Of a stretch of 64,000 nt of DNA, positions 16,847 through 28,157 are shown one piece after another. The stretch comes from an uncultured Bacteroides sp. (GTDB lineage: Bacteria > Bacteroidota > Bacteroidia > Bacteroidales > Muribaculaceae). Both the position numbers and the translations under genes were made by a program. The notes below the pieces were generated by a model. That model worked only from the letters and a program-made list of their open reading frames with translations, was not told the origin of the DNA and did not search any database. The DNA is taken from assembly GCA_964384885.1 (NCBI GenBank), contig CAYLMR010000002.1, forward strand, positions 10,137 to 74,136, written 5' to 3'. Numbering within the stretch: the first letter of the stretch is position 1; the number at the start of each line of letters is the position of its first letter.

Positions 16847-18313
16847 TCAGGGGATGGAGTTGAGCAGGGGAGCCTTGCCGTCGGCGATGAGTTTGAGGAT
16901 TAGCTCGCCGAAAAGGGTGTTCTGCCAGGCAAACCATTCGCGGGTGAAGTTTGAGGCGTCGTTGACATTGAATGATTCGTGCATGAAGCCGGTGCCGGCG
17001 TCGGTGTTAATCAGCATCGCCACACAGTCGCGAATCTCCTCATCATCGTTGCTGGTAAAGGCCTTCATCATGATGCTCATGGGCCAGGCCATGTCATAGC
17101 CCACATGAGGACCGCCGATGCCTTCGCCGGCCGGGCCGCTGAAGAAATAGGGGTTGCTGTCGCTCCACACAAAGCGGCGCGTGTTCTGATATATCGGGTC
17201 GTTGACATCCACGTCGCCGAGATAGGCCATTGCGAGGAGGCTCGGCACATTGGCGTCGTCCATGAGGTGTTGGTTGCCGAAGCCGTCAACCTCATAGGCA
17301 TATATCTTGCCGAAGCGGGGATGATCATAAACGGCATATTGTTTCAGCGCCTGTTCCACCTCGTCGGCGAGGGCGGCACACTTTTGGCTCCGCTCCTTGT
17401 CGCCGTTAACCTCGCTGAGAATCTCGGCGGCCTTGCGGAGGCTCGTCACGGCAAAGAAGTTTGAGGGGATGAGATATTGAAAAGTGGTGGCGTCGTCGGA
17501 GGGGCGGAAGCATGACACTATCAGTCCGCAGCCGCTCACCGGGGCGCCCCAGCCTACATTGTTGAGGGTGTCGAGCTGACGGTCGGTGCGGCGCAGAAAG
17601 CGGTAGGGGCCGCGGCCCTCCTTGCGTTGCTGGGCTATGAAGGTGGTGAGGATATTGTCGACAGCTTCGAGCCATGTTGAGTCGAAGATGCTTGCGTCGC
17701 CGGTGGCTTTCCAATACTCATAGGCGAGGCGAACGGGATAGCAGAGCGAGTCAATCTCATATTTGCGCTCATGCACCTCGGGGCGCATCTCGGTGTAATC
17801 GCTCATCCATTCTCCTCCCGTCGGGCCGTCGTTGAAGGCGTTGGCATAAGGGTCGAGATTGATGCATTTAAACTGGCGCCTTATCACTCCCTCGATCATA
17901 TCTTTGAGCGCGGGGTCATCTTTGGCTAACATGACATAAGGCCACACCTGAGCCGCCGAGTCGCGGAGCCACATGGCATGAATGTCGCCGGTATAGACAA
18001 AGGTGTCGTTGTTGCCATCCTCATCCTTGCGGAAATTTACCGTGGTGTCGAGAGTGTTGGGAAAGCAGTTCTCAAACATCCATGCGAGCTTGGGGTTGGT
18101 GATAATCTGTTTCACCAGTTTGATCTGACGCTCAACCTCGGGGGAATAAAACAGGCGGTCTTTCTCATCGGGGCGGTTGGTCTTCGAGAAGTCGATAGCG
18201 GGAGAGCTTACCGCGGTGTTGTCGGCGGGACATAAGGGGTGGTTGGCTGCCATGGCGGGAGCGGCGAGCATAACCGAGGCCGAGGCGGTGAGGGTCAGAA
18301 TTGCTTTTTTCAT
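16847..18313 (-). CDS. Glycoside hydrolase family 125 (exo-alpha-1,6-mannosidase-like), exported
   Basis: Start MKKAIL (18313); [50 protein letters not shown]. Confidence 0.92.
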   Translation of the reverse strand: MKKAILTLTASASVMLAAPAMAANHPLCPADNTAVSSPAIDFSKTNRPDEKDRLFYSPEVERQIKLVKQIITNPKLAWMFENCFPNTLDTTVNFRKDEDGNNDTFVYTGDIHAMWLRDSAAQVWPYVMLAKDDPALKDMIEGVIRRQFKCINLDPYANAFNDGPTGGEWMSDYTEMRPEVHERKYEIDSLCYPVRLAYEYWKATGDASIFDSTWLEAVDNILTTFIAQQRKEGRGPYRFLRRTDRQLDTLNNVGWGAPVSGCGLIVSCFRPSDDATTFQYLIPSNFFAVTSLRKAAEILSEVNGDKERSQKCAALADEVEQALKQYAVYDHPRFGKIYAYEVDGFGNQHLMDDANVPSLLAMAYLGDVDVNDPIYQNTRRFVWSDSNPYFFSGPAGEGIGGPHVGYDMAWPMSIMMKAFTSNDDEEIRDCVAMLINTDAGTGFMHESFNVNDASNFTREWFAWQNTLFGELILKLIADGKAPLLNSIP

Positions 18314-18558
18314 GGTGACGGGGAGTTGATGAATTTCCATTGGGAGCGAGGGATAAATTAACAACGTGCCGATCGGGGAGAGTATTGCGGGCGATGACTT
18401 TAAAAATTCGCTCACCGGGCCGAATTTCATGCTCAGAGGGGGCTCGAAGTGGAATGAGGGGGATTTTTTTTGGCTATAACGGCGATGTTTGCTATTTTTG
18501 CAACGTAAAAAGAGATTCACACTCTCTCGCTACGAAAACTCATCACCACCAAGATATA

Positions 18559-20616
18559 ATGGACAAGAAAATTCTCGATTCGGCCGCCGATAATATTCGC
18601 GTGCTTTCAGCCGCTATGGTTGAACAGGCCCGCAGCGGCCATCCCGGAGGCGCTATGGGAGGCGCTGATTTCATTAATGTGCTCTATTCTCAGTTTTTAG
18701 TGGCTGATCCCGATGATCACACATGGCTGTCGCGTGACAGATTTTTCCTTGATCCGGGCCACATGTCTCCCATGCTCTACAGTGTGCTGGCGCTGTGCGG
18801 TCTCTATACCCTCGACGAGCTCAAGCAGTTCAGACAGTGGGGCAGCGTGACTCCCGGCCACCCCGAGCTTAATCCCTCCCGCGGCATTGACAACACCTCA
18901 GGCCCCTTAGGTCAGGGTCACACAATGGCTGTGGGATGTGCGCTTGCCGAGAGATTTCTTGTAGCCAAATTCGGTGAGACATGGGCTCACAAAACCTATG
19001 CGTTTATTTCTGACGGCGGAATACAGGAGGAGATTTCGCAGGGCGCAGGCCGTCTGGCCGGCTACCTCGGGCTGTCAAACCTCATAATGTTTTTCGACAG
19101 CAACAAGGTGCAGCTCTCAACCGACGTCGACGCCGTTGACAACGAAGACTATGCCGCCAAATATCGCGCATGGAACTGGAATGTGATAGAGGTTGACGGC
19201 TGCGACCCCGTGGCCATCGCCGAGGCTCTCACCGCCGCCAATGCCGAGACCAAACGTCCCACCATCATCATCGGCAACACCGTGATGGGCCGCGGATGTG
19301 TCAAGGCCGACGGCTCTTCATTTGAGGGTCAGTGCTCAACCCACGGCCAGCCCCTCAGCAAGAGCGGCGCCGACTATCCCGCCACAGTGCGCAATCTCGG
19401 CGGCGACCCCGAGAACCCCTGGGTTATCCGTCCCGAGGTCGAGGCTCTCTATGCCGCCCGTCGCGAGGAGCTCCGCAAGATTGTGGCCGAGCGCCGCGCC
19501 GCTCAGAAAGAGTGGGCCGAGGCCAATCCCGAGGCAGCACGCCAGCTTCAGGACTTCATCGACAACAAGATTCCCGATATCGACTACCGCAAGATAGTCT
19601 ATAAAAACAATGTGGCTACCCGCACAGCTTCAGCCGCAGTGCTCACCGAGCTCGCCAAGCAGGTGAAAAACATGATTGTGTCGAGCGCCGACCTCGCCAA
19701 CAGCGACAAGACCGAGGCCTTCCTCAAGGTTACCGGAGCTTTCGAGCCGGGCAAATTCGACCGCGGCTTCCTTCATGCCGGCGTGGCCGAGCTGACTATG
19801 GCTTCGGTTATCAACGGCGTGTTGCTCCACGGAGCCATGCAGGGCGCCTGCGGCACCTTCTTCGTGTTCTCCGACTACATGAAGCCCGCCATAAGAATGG
19901 CCGCGCTGATGCAGCTGCCTGTTAAATATGTGTGGACCCACGACGCCTTCCGCGTAGGTGAGGACGGTCCCACCCACGAGCCTATCGAGCAGGAAGCTCA
20001 GATACGCCTTATGGAGCAGATCCGCAACTTCAACGGCAAGAGATCAATGCTCGTGCTCCGTCCCGCCGACAGCGCCGAGACCGTGGTGTGCTGGAAAATG
20101 GCGATGGAAAACCTCGATTCTCCCACCGGCCTCATCCTCTCGCGTCAGGATGTGATCGACCTCCCCACCACTTCGGGCAGCCGATATGACGATGCTCTCG
20201 GAGCCATGAAGGGTGGTTATGTGGTGATCAATCCCTCTCAGCGTCCCGACGTTGTGCTCGTGGGCAACGGCTCGGAAGTAGGTCTGCTCTGCGAAGTGGC
20301 TGTGCTCCTCGAAGCCGAGGGTATCAATGCCAGAGTTGTGTCGGTGCCTTCGCCCGCACTCTTTATGGATCAGAGCGAGGACTACCGCCTCAGCGTGATT
20401 CCCGGCGACATTCCCACCTATGGCCTCACCGCCGGTCTCCCCTGCGTGCTTCAGCCGCTCGTGGGTTATAACGGCAAGGTGCAGGGTCTCGAACGTTTCG
20501 GTGCCTCAGCCCCCTACAAGGTGCTCGACGAGAAATTCGGCTACACCGCTCAGGCTGTGCTCGACAATGTGAAGGATTTTCTCGGCATAGTGCCCCTGCC
20601 CGACCATCAGATGTGA
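18559..20616 (+). CDS. tkt: Transketolase
   Basis: Start MDKKILD; SGHPGGAMG, RDRFFLDPGH, TPGHPE, SGPLGQG, SDGGIQEE, GEDGPTHEP. Confidence 0.95.
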   Translation: MDKKILDSAADNIRVLSAAMVEQARSGHPGGAMGGADFINVLYSQFLVADPDDHTWLSRDRFFLDPGHMSPMLYSVLALCGLYTLDELKQFRQWGSVTPGHPELNPSRGIDNTSGPLGQGHTMAVGCALAERFLVAKFGETWAHKTYAFISDGGIQEEISQGAGRLAGYLGLSNLIMFFDSNKVQLSTDVDAVDNEDYAAKYRAWNWNVIEVDGCDPVAIAEALTAANAETKRPTIIIGNTVMGRGCVKADGSSFEGQCSTHGQPLSKSGADYPATVRNLGGDPENPWVIRPEVEALYAARREELRKIVAERRAAQKEWAEANPEAARQLQDFIDNKIPDIDYRKIVYKNNVATRTASAAVLTELAKQVKNMIVSSADLANSDKTEAFLKVTGAFEPGKFDRGFLHAGVAELTMASVINGVLLHGAMQGACGTFFVFSDYMKPAIRMAALMQLPVKYVWTHDAFRVGEDGPTHEPIEQEAQIRLMEQIRNFNGKRSMLVLRPADSAETVVCWKMAMENLDSPTGLILSRQDVIDLPTTSGSRYDDALGAMKGGYVVINPSQRPDVVLVGNGSEVGLLCEVAVLLEAEGINARVVSVPSPALFMDQSEDYRLSVIPGDIPTYGLTAGLPCVLQPLVGYNGKVQGLERFGASAPYKVLDEKFGYTAQAVLDNVKDFLGIVPLPDHQM

Positions 20617-20652
20617 TTATCCTCATAACAAATTCATAAAACCATTTCTCCC

Positions 20653-21021
20653 ATGACTTTCTCACAATCAATCGAAACCTGTATTCAGAAGAAATATTGC
20701 TGCTTCACAGGTCGTGCCACCCGTAGCGAATTTTGGTATTTCGAGCTTTTCTCGTTTATCATTGGAATTGTGACCACTGTGCTCGACATGATTATCGACC
20801 CCAACTATATGGTCATCACTTATCTTGCCTCTTTGGCTCTCCTGCTTCCGAGCTTGGGTGTGACCTGGCGTCGCCTTCATGACACCGGCCGCAGCGGTGC
20901 TTGGTATTTCATCGGTCTTGTGCCTCTTGTAGGTTGGATCGTTCTCCTTGTGTTCCTCTGTCAGGATACCCAGCAGGGTGACAATGCCTACGGCCCCGTG
21001 CCCGACGACTACTATATGTAA
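20653..21021 (+). CDS. DUF805 (YhaH-like) membrane protein
   Basis: F.GRATRSEFW, RRLHDTGRSG, N.YGP. Confidence 0.9.
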   Translation: MTFSQSIETCIQKKYCCFTGRATRSEFWYFELFSFIIGIVTTVLDMIIDPNYMVITYLASLALLLPSLGVTWRRLHDTGRSGAWYFIGLVPLVGWIVLLVFLCQDTQQGDNAYGPVPDDYYM

Positions 21022-21045
21022 GAAATATTAATCTACCGATTACTG

Positions 21046-21098
21046 ACATCATCCGACTCCGCTTCTTAAGGGCGATGTCGGATGATGTTGTTTTTTTT
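21046..21098 (+). terminator. Intrinsic terminator after the tkt-DUF805 pair
   Basis: ACATCATCCGAC...GTCGGATGATGT followed by a long T run. Confidence 0.8.
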
Positions 21099-21109
21099 GA
21101 GGAAGAGAA

Positions 21110-22432
21110 ATGAGAGATTCGATAAGGTCGATCAACCGCAGCATAGCGCGCATAACCTTTCCCGCGGTGGCGTCGAATATCACGGTGCCGCTCCTCGGAT
21201 TGTGTGACACCGCCATCAGCGGTCACCTCGGCTCGGCTGACTATCTTGCCGCCATAGCTGCGGGAGCGATGATGCTCAATGTGGTTTACTGGATAATGGG
21301 CTTTCTGCGCATGGCTACCGCCGGCCTCACCGCCGAGGCTTTCGGCGCCGGTGACCGCGAGGCTGTGGCCCGCTCGCTCGAACGCACTCTATGGCTCGCA
21401 ATAATTATCGGCGTGGTGGCCGTGGCTTTGCGCTCGCCCCTGTCGGGGCTGCTGCTCGGCTTGCTCTCGCCGGCCGAGAATGTCGAGGCGCTTGCGGGGG
21501 GATATTTCATGATGTGTGTGTGGAGCGCCCCCGCCATGCTTACCGTGATGGGTCTGAGCGGCTGGTTTATAGGTATGCAGAACACACTTTGGCCTATGGT
21601 TGTGAGCGTGACCATGAATGTGGTCAACGTGGCGCTGAGCCTGCTGGCTGTGGCGGTTTGGAAAATGGGATTTATGGGCGTGGCTTTCGGCACTGTGGCG
21701 GCCACATGGCTTGGCGCGGTGATGATAGTGGTGGCAGCGTTGATCTATGGCCGCCTGAGGGGCATCAGAATACGCCTCACTCGGCTGTCGTCGCTTGGCC
21801 GTGGCAGCGGCATGGGGCGATTTCTCCGCACCGGCAGCGACCTCTTTCTCCGCTCGGCCTGTATAATGGGGGTGAGCATGGCGGTCACTGCGATAGGTTC
21901 GCGCATGGGCACCATGACTCTTGCCACCAATGTGGTGATGATGCAGTTTTTTGTGTTTTTCTCCTACTTTATGGATGGCATAGCCTATAGCGGCGAGGCA
22001 TTGTGCGGCCGCAGCGTGGGGGAGAGGTCGGTCGACTCGTTCCGGCGCGTGGTCAATGTGCTGTTGGTGTGGGGCGTGGTGGCCTCGGCTATTTTCACTC
22101 TCGCCTATATAGCTTTAGGCGACAATGTGGTGGCATTGCTCACCGACGATGAGGAGGTTAGAATGTCGGTTGAGAGCATGATGATATTTGTGTGGCTCAT
22201 ACCCGCAGCGGGTGGTGCGGCCTTTCTCTATGACGGCTTTTTTATCGGCCTCACAGCTACTCGCCGCATGTTTCTCACCACCCTTGCTGCCGCAGCGATA
22301 TTCGCCGCAATAGTCATCATTTTCCCAACCGACAATCATTGGCTCTGGATAGCCTTTCTGAGCTATCTGCTAACCCGAGGGCTCGGCCTTGCTCTTCAGC
22401 TCCGCGCGGCCTCTCGGGGCAGATTTGCCTGA
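21110..22432 (+). CDS. MATE family efflux transporter (DinF-like)
   Basis: SNITVPLLGLCDTAISGHLG, FLRMAT.GLTA.A.G, FFSYFMDG.A; about 12 TM helices. Confidence 0.9.
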   Translation: MRDSIRSINRSIARITFPAVASNITVPLLGLCDTAISGHLGSADYLAAIAAGAMMLNVVYWIMGFLRMATAGLTAEAFGAGDREAVARSLERTLWLAIIIGVVAVALRSPLSGLLLGLLSPAENVEALAGGYFMMCVWSAPAMLTVMGLSGWFIGMQNTLWPMVVSVTMNVVNVALSLLAVAVWKMGFMGVAFGTVAATWLGAVMIVVAALIYGRLRGIRIRLTRLSSLGRGSGMGRFLRTGSDLFLRSACIMGVSMAVTAIGSRMGTMTLATNVVMMQFFVFFSYFMDGIAYSGEALCGRSVGERSVDSFRRVVNVLLVWGVVASAIFTLAYIALGDNVVALLTDDEEVRMSVESMMIFVWLIPAAGGAAFLYDGFFIGLTATRRMFLTTLAAAAIFAAIVIIFPTDNHWLWIAFLSYLLTRGLGLALQLRAASRGRFA

Positions 22433-23266
22433 CTACTTCCAGAGAGCGTAAAAATGGTTCACGGGGCCGTGGCCTTTGCCGATAGCATAGTCAGCACCCG
22501 TAACAATTGCTTTGGCGAGATATTCCTTGGCCTTGATAGCGGCGGTGTCGAGATCGGCCCCTTTGGCAAGCATGGCGGCGATGGCCGAGGAGTAGGTGCA
22601 GCCTGTGCCGTGGGTGTTGACGGTGTCGACTCTCGGCGAGGAAAGCCGCAGTGAATGGTCGGTCACGGCGTTATAGAACACATCGGTGAGCGTGGCGTCG
22701 TCGAGATGTCCCGCCTTGAGCATCACCGACACCTTTCTTCCGGGATAGAGGGCCGACAGCGCCCGCGCCGCCTCTTCGAGCTGGTCACTGCGGGTTATCT
22801 CCTCGCCTAAGAGCAGCGAGGCTTCGGGCAGATTGGGAGTAATCACGGTGGCTAAGGGTAACAGCTCGTCGCGCAGGGTGGCAACCGCTTCGGGCATAAG
22901 CAGAGGATCGCCCGAGGTGGCCACCATCACCGGGTCGACCACTATGCGGGTGACCTCGGGATATTCTCCGAGGGTGGAGATGACTGTGCGGATAAGCTCT
23001 GAGCTGTGAAGCATACCGATTTTTATGGCGTCGGCGCCAACGTCGCTCAACACCGAGCGTATCTGCCCGGCTACAAACTTTTCAGGCACCGGGTGTACGC
23101 CATACACGCCCTGAGTGTTTTCGTCAACAATAGCCACAATAGCTGTCGAGCCATATACTCCGAGGGCTGAGAATGTTTTGAGGTCGGCCTGAAGCCCGGC
23201 GCCACCCGAGGGGTCGGAACCGGCTATGGTGAGGGCGCGGTGGTAGCTCTTTTTAGATTGATTCAT
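22433..23266 (-). CDS. thiD: Hydroxymethylpyrimidine/phosphomethylpyrimidine kinase
   Basis: Start MNQSKK; [51 protein letters not shown]. Confidence 0.95.
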   Translation of the reverse strand: MNQSKKSYHRALTIAGSDPSGGAGLQADLKTFSALGVYGSTAIVAIVDENTQGVYGVHPVPEKFVAGQIRSVLSDVGADAIKIGMLHSSELIRTVISTLGEYPEVTRIVVDPVMVATSGDPLLMPEAVATLRDELLPLATVITPNLPEASLLLGEEITRSDQLEEAARALSALYPGRKVSVMLKAGHLDDATLTDVFYNAVTDHSLRLSSPRVDTVNTHGTGCTYSSAIAAMLAKGADLDTAAIKAKEYLAKAIVTGADYAIGKGHGPVNHFYALWK

Positions 23267-23919
23267 AGCAGTTCGGGGGGCCAGTTGAGATTGTCGTAAG
23301 CTGATTTCCAGAAAAGCCATTCCTGACGGGCGGCCTGAATATAGATGGCGGTCATAGCTTTTCTGACCTCGGCGCTGGCATTGCGGGCCATGTCGTTGCA
23401 TATCTCCGAAATCTTCCGGCATGACTCGGCAAACGTCGGGTCGCTGTAGGTGGCTATCCACTCCTTATAGGGATTGTTGTCGCCCGAGGATTGAATTTCG
23501 GTGATGTGAAGTCCTACCTGCATGTAGATCAGAAAGCAGGGCAACACGGCGGCTGTCTCGACCTCGACCGGCGCGTTGGCCTGGGCTTCGAGCAGCGAGG
23601 TGTAGAACACACAGGCGGGCGACATCTCGGGCAACGGCCCTTTGAGGTAGAAGGAGTGGAGAGCCTTTTCTACCGCCACGCCGTCGCCGGCAAACTTGAG
23701 GAAAGTTTCGGTGAGCGCCGGGTCGGTGAGCCGCGAGGCTATATGGGCGAGCACACGGCTGTAGCGATGGATATAAAGGGTGTCTTGCTGAATGTATCTC
23801 TGAAAGATGTCGGCATCGAGAGTTCCGTCGGCAAGTTCGGTTATGAACGGAAGCCTGATTATCTGCTCATAGATATGTCGGGTTGCGTTGGCAACTTCGG
23901 TAGTCCAGAGTTGAGGCAT
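23263..23919 (-). CDS. tenA: Thiaminase II / aminopyrimidine aminohydrolase
   Basis: PFI.EL.DGTL...F..YIQQD..Y, AVLPCF.IY, Y..WI..YS, E..FW. Confidence 0.88.
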   Translation of the reverse strand: MPQLWTTEVANATRHIYEQIIRLPFITELADGTLDADIFQRYIQQDTLYIHRYSRVLAHIASRLTDPALTETFLKFAGDGVAVEKALHSFYLKGPLPEMSPACVFYTSLLEAQANAPVEVETAAVLPCFLIYMQVGLHITEIQSSGDNNPYKEWIATYSDPTFAESCRKISEICNDMARNASAEVRKAMTAIYIQAARQEWLFWKSAYDNLNWPPELL

Positions 23920-23937
23920 GATGGTTGGGAATTATGG

Positions 23938-24657
23938 TTAGAGGTCAATAGTTTGAAAATCGAGATTGAGGAGGTCGAAGGCAATAAGGCGCCCCACGGC
24001 GGGAGTGCCCTTGCAGGTGAGAAACTTGATGATCTCGCCCGCCTGAATGGCGCCCGCCACTCCCGGCACCGCCCCTATCACTCCGGCGGCTGCAGGAGGA
24101 AGGGCGCTGAGAATCTCGCGGTCGGGAAAGAGGTCGGCATAGCCTGTGGGGCAATCGGGAGTGAAGATGCTCACCCGGCCTAAAAATTCCCCTATCGAGG
24201 CATAGGCCCACGGCTTGGCGAGGGCGAGGCATGTGTCGTTGATGAGGTAGCGGGTGGAATGGTTGTCGGTGCAGTCGGCAACTATGTCGGCCTGAGAGAT
24301 GAGCTGAGGGGCATTTTCGGGGGTCAGTCCCTCGCTCACGAGCGTCACCCTCACATGGGGGTTGAGCGCTGTGAGGCGCCGGGCGGCACGCTGTGTCTTG
24401 CTCTCTCCGATCATCGAGGTGTCGTAGAGCACCTGCCGTTGTAGATTGGAGAGACTCACTTTGTCTGGGTCGGCTAAAATCAGGTGACCCACACCAGCGC
24501 CGGCGAGATAGGTGGCGGTGGCTGAGCCGAGGCCACCCACGCCCACTATCAGCACCGTGGCGTCGAGGAGACGTTGTTGAGCCTCCGCTCCCCACCCGGG
24601 GAGCATGGTCTGGCGCGAATAGCGCTCGCTGAGAGCTTTGGATGATATTGTGTTCAT
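23938..24657 (-). CDS. thiF: ThiF/MoeB-family sulfur-carrier adenylyltransferase
   Basis: RYSRQ, VGVGGLG, SNLQRQ, DCTDN; located in the thi operon. Confidence 0.88.
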   Translation of the reverse strand: MNTISSKALSERYSRQTMLPGWGAEAQQRLLDATVLIVGVGGLGSATATYLAGAGVGHLILADPDKVSLSNLQRQVLYDTSMIGESKTQRAARRLTALNPHVRVTLVSEGLTPENAPQLISQADIVADCTDNHSTRYLINDTCLALAKPWAYASIGEFLGRVSIFTPDCPTGYADLFPDREILSALPPAAAGVIGAVPGVAGAIQAGEIIKFLTCKGTPAVGRLIAFDLLNLDFQTIDL

Positions 24658-25784
24658 GATTGCTGCATGTCGGCGAGGTCAAACACTCTGTCCCAGTCTT
24701 TCCACACCGGTTCGCGGCCGAGGGCGCGGAGGTCTTCGGCCACCTCGGCGGGAGAGGTGCGGTCGCTCACGGCAAACTGTTCGAGTGCGTCGGGATAGGT
24801 GGCATAACCTCCCGGTTCGGTTTTCGACCCGGCGCTCATTGTCGTTACGCCGAGAGTGGCCATGTTGTTGCGGAACTTGTGTTCCTCTCGGGTTGAATAG
24901 CTTATGTCGACATCGGGGTCGAAGATGCGGAAGGCAAAGGTGAGCTGGGCAAGCTCGCGGTCGCTCATCACCACATTGGGCTGAAAACCGCTCTCGCTCG
25001 GCCTCATGCGGGGAAAGTTAACCGAATATTTGGTGCGCCAGTAGGTGCGGCGCAGATAGCGCAGGTGGCGCGCCATCATGGTCACGTCGGTGCGCCAGTC
25101 CTCGAGACCTATCAATACGCCCATGCCGATTTTGTGAACTCCCGCCATGCCCATGCGGTCAAATCCGTTGAGCCTCCACTCAAAGTTGCTCTTCATGCCC
25201 GAGGGATGATAGAGTTTGTAGTTCTCGCGGTTGTAGGTTTCCTGAAAACACACCACTCCGTTGAGGCCGCTCCGGGTGAGGCGTTCGTATTCCGCTGTGT
25301 CGAGAGGCATCACCTCGATGGTGAGATTGCTGAAATAGGGGCGGCACACCCTGAGCGCCTTTTCGAGATAGTCTACGCCCGCGGCTACCGGATTTTCGCC
25401 GGTGACGATAAGCAGATTCTCAAACGGCCCCATCTTCCTGATAGCCTCACATTCCTGCTTTATCTGGTCGGGGGTGAGAATCACGCGCTTGAACTTGTTG
25501 TGGCGGTTGAAGCCGCAATACACACAGGCGTTGGTGCAGGAATTGGTGATGTAGAGCGGCACGAATATCGACACCGTTTTGCCGAACCTCCGCTCGGTAA
25601 TCGCTTTGGAGCGCTGAGCCATCTGCTCGATAAAGGGCGCTGCCGCCGGCGAGATGAGAGCCATGAAATCGCGATCGGTGAGGTTCTCGCGGTTGAGGGC
25701 GGCGATGACGTCGCTCTCGGTCATTGAGGCTATCCCGGCGGTTGTGTCGCTCCAGCTGTATTGATTTAAAACTTCTGAAAACAT
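24654..25784 (-). CDS. thiH: 2-iminoacetate synthase (radical SAM)
   Basis: PLYITNSCTNACVYCGF (CxxxCxxC), FQETY, SAGSKTEPGGY. Confidence 0.95.
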   Translation of the reverse strand: MFSEVLNQYSWSDTTAGIASMTESDVIAALNRENLTDRDFMALISPAAAPFIEQMAQRSKAITERRFGKTVSIFVPLYITNSCTNACVYCGFNRHNKFKRVILTPDQIKQECEAIRKMGPFENLLIVTGENPVAAGVDYLEKALRVCRPYFSNLTIEVMPLDTAEYERLTRSGLNGVVCFQETYNRENYKLYHPSGMKSNFEWRLNGFDRMGMAGVHKIGMGVLIGLEDWRTDVTMMARHLRYLRRTYWRTKYSVNFPRMRPSESGFQPNVVMSDRELAQLTFAFRIFDPDVDISYSTREEHKFRNNMATLGVTTMSAGSKTEPGGYATYPDALEQFAVSDRTSPAEVAEDLRALGREPVWKDWDRVFDLADMQQS

Positions 25785-25789
25785 AGGGC

Positions 25790-26578
25790 TCAGTCGGTAA
25801 GAAACGAGGTGAGGGGTGAGGAGGCCACGGCGCCGTCGCTGACTCCCGCCGGCGAAGCGAGATAAGCCCTGCGCCCCGCAACGGTGGCTTCGGCAAAGGC
25901 ACGCGCCATTTCAACCGGATTGCCCGCCACGGCGATGGCGGTGTTGACCAACACGGCGTCGGCACCCATCTCCATAGCGTCGGCGGCGTGGGAGGGGAGG
26001 CCGAGACCGGCGTCAACCACTACCGGCACGCGGCTCTGCTCAATGATGATTCTGATAAGTTCGCGGGTCACGAGGCCTTTGTTGCTGCCGATAGGGGCGG
26101 CAAGAGGCATCACCGTGGCGGCGCCGGCATCTTCAAGATGCTTGCACAACACCGGGTCGGCCTGAATGTAGGGCAACACCACAAACCCTTTCTTAACAAG
26201 CTCGCGGGTCGCGGCGAGGGTTTCTACGGGGTCGGGGAGCAGATAGCGCGGGTCGGGATGAATCTCGAGCTTGATGAAGTTGGTTCCGAAGGCTTCGCGC
26301 GACAGCTCGGCGGCAAAAACAGCTTCCTTGGCGTTGCGCACTCCCGAGGTGTTGGGGAGGAGTTGGATATTGTCAGACACAATGTGATGGAGCATATCGT
26401 CGTCGCGGTTGTCCATGTCGATGCGCTTCATGGCTACAGTCACCATCTGTGTGCCTGAGGCTTTGATAGCTTCGGCCATGACGGTGTTGCTGCGGAATTT
26501 TCCTGTGCCGACAAACAGGCGTGAGGTAAACTCCCTGCCGCCGATCACGAGAATGTCATTACGGTTATTATCGTTCAT
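25790..26578 (-). CDS. thiG: Thiazole synthase
   Basis: [22 protein letters not shown]...[25 protein letters not shown]. Confidence 0.97.
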   Translation of the reverse strand: MNDNNRNDILVIGGREFTSRLFVGTGKFRSNTVMAEAIKASGTQMVTVAMKRIDMDNRDDDMLHHIVSDNIQLLPNTSGVRNAKEAVFAAELSREAFGTNFIKLEIHPDPRYLLPDPVETLAATRELVKKGFVVLPYIQADPVLCKHLEDAGAATVMPLAAPIGSNKGLVTRELIRIIIEQSRVPVVVDAGLGLPSHAADAMEMGADAVLVNTAIAVAGNPVEMARAFAEATVAGRRAYLASPAGVSDGAVASSPLTSFLTD

Positions 26579-26583
26579 TTTCT

Positions 26584-27792
26584 TTATGAGTTGTTTTTAG
26601 TGTTTAAAGCTGTGTTGATGAGGTGACTGAGTTGGCTGGTGGTCCCGGCGGGATTGTGAGAGCGGATTATGGTGCCGCTCACGGCTATGCCGTCGGCTCC
26701 CGCCTTGATGATAGCCGAGATGTCGTCGGGTGTGATTCCGCCTATTGCCACTATCGGAATATGAATGTCGCGGTCAAGACACAGGCTGTGAATCTCGCGA
26801 TAGCCCTCCTCTCCCAACACGGGGCTGAGGTTGGCTTTGGTGGTGGTGAATCTGAAAGGCCCGAGACCTATATAATCGGCGCCCGCGCGATAAGCCTCCT
26901 CGATATGGGCGAAGGTGTTGGCGGTGGCGCCTATAATATATTGCGGGCCGAGAATATCTCGGGCTTCGGCCACCGGCATGTCGTTGCGGCCCAGATGCAC
27001 GCCGTCGGCGCCGGTGACGCCTACAAGCTCGGTATGGTCGTCGATTATCATGACCGCACCTGCCTGATGACAGAGGCGTGACATCTCTTTGCCGGCCTCT
27101 ACGATCATCTCGGGTGTGAAATGCTTGGCGCGGAGCTGCACCCAGCGGCAGCCGCCGTCAAGCGCCAGGCGCGTCTGACTGATGAGCTCCTCAACGGTGT
27201 CGCCGTGGGTGATGAACTGCAGGCGGAAGCTGCTGAGGGGGAACTCCCTCACGCCCATTGCGCTGCCGAGCATGGCGGCCTGTGAGAATCCTTTTTCGGC
27301 GAGCAGGTCGAGACGGTCGGGTGTGACGCCTCCGAGCGCCACTATCTTCCTCCCCTCGGGCGACCGGAGCAGCTCGTCAAGCTTAGGGTCGGAGAGCAGC
27401 GGAGAGGCGGCGCCATAGCCCGGCTTGCTTACGCTCGGAAAGATGGGGGAGATGTAAGCGTAGTCAACCCTGGGCAGCATTTCGCTCAGTTCATCGACCG
27501 AGTGACATGAGCAGCCCACCGCTCCTTTCCACCCCTCGGGAGCCGAGGGATTGCGGCGGCTGAGGTGAATCGCTCCTACACCCAATCGGCTTGCGAGCTC
27601 AAACCGGTCGTGAAGCGCCAGCTGAGGGCGAAACTCCTCACCTATCTCCCCGATAAGTCGGGTCACCGACTCCGGGTCGGCAAAGGGCTTGCGTATATCC
27701 ACGCGGCTGTATTCGCCGCTCGAAAGGAGCTTCCGGATATGCTCCGCCTCCCCCTTCCAGAAATAGGGGGTTGTAATAGCGGTAAGTTTCAT
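26584..27792 (-). CDS. thiE: Fused tandem thiamine-phosphate synthase domains (TenI-like + ThiE)
   Basis: Start MKLTAIT; N-half [22 protein letters not shown]; C-half [40 protein letters not shown]. Confidence 0.88.
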   Translation of the reverse strand: MKLTAITTPYFWKGEAEHIRKLLSSGEYSRVDIRKPFADPESVTRLIGEIGEEFRPQLALHDRFELASRLGVGAIHLSRRNPSAPEGWKGAVGCSCHSVDELSEMLPRVDYAYISPIFPSVSKPGYGAASPLLSDPKLDELLRSPEGRKIVALGGVTPDRLDLLAEKGFSQAAMLGSAMGVREFPLSSFRLQFITHGDTVEELISQTRLALDGGCRWVQLRAKHFTPEMIVEAGKEMSRLCHQAGAVMIIDDHTELVGVTGADGVHLGRNDMPVAEARDILGPQYIIGATANTFAHIEEAYRAGADYIGLGPFRFTTTKANLSPVLGEEGYREIHSLCLDRDIHIPIVAIGGITPDDISAIIKAGADGIAVSGTIIRSHNPAGTTSQLSHLINTALNTKNNS

Positions 27793-27809
27793 GGCTGAGT
27801 GACGAAGTA

Positions 27810-28010
27810 TCAGCCGCCGCACACGGCGCGTATCACGGTGATTTTCATTCCCTCGGCAACCTTAAACGAGTCGTGACGGTTGCGGGTAACGATACTGTTG
27901 TCGACGGCTACGGCCACTCCGGGGCGGTTTAGCCCCTCTCTTTCGAGCAATTCGGCGAGGGTGATACCCTCGGGCGCATCGACGGGATGATGATTGATTT
28001 CCACTCTCAT
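27810..28010 (-). CDS. thiS: Sulfur carrier protein
   Basis: 66 aa from MRVEIN; GVAVAVDN; C-terminal GG. Confidence 0.93.
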   Translation of the reverse strand: MRVEINHHPVDAPEGITLAELLEREGLNRPGVAVAVDNSIVTRNRHDSFKVAEGMKITVIRAVCGG

Positions 28011-28032
28011 GTTCTGATAGTTAAGACGGGTT

Positions 28033-28080
28033 AAAAAATAAATGTGAGACAAGAGAAGTGAACCTTCCGCCTGTCTCAGC
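28033..28080 (-). terminator. Terminator of the TPP riboswitch expression platform
   Basis: Minus strand TGAGACAGG...CTTGTCTCA followed by TTTATTTTTT, just upstream of thiS. Confidence 0.6.
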
Positions 28081-28157
28081 TGATAATAAGAACCGGAGTG
28101 GAAACGGGGTCTTACCCCCGGAACGGCGCCGCAGCCACCGCTGAATAAACCGAGCTT

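Noticed and set aside
18340-18558. N-terminal extensions of tkt and GH125 in the ORF track
   Set aside because: They overlap each other across a divergent promoter region; homology and signal peptide begin at 18559 and 18313.
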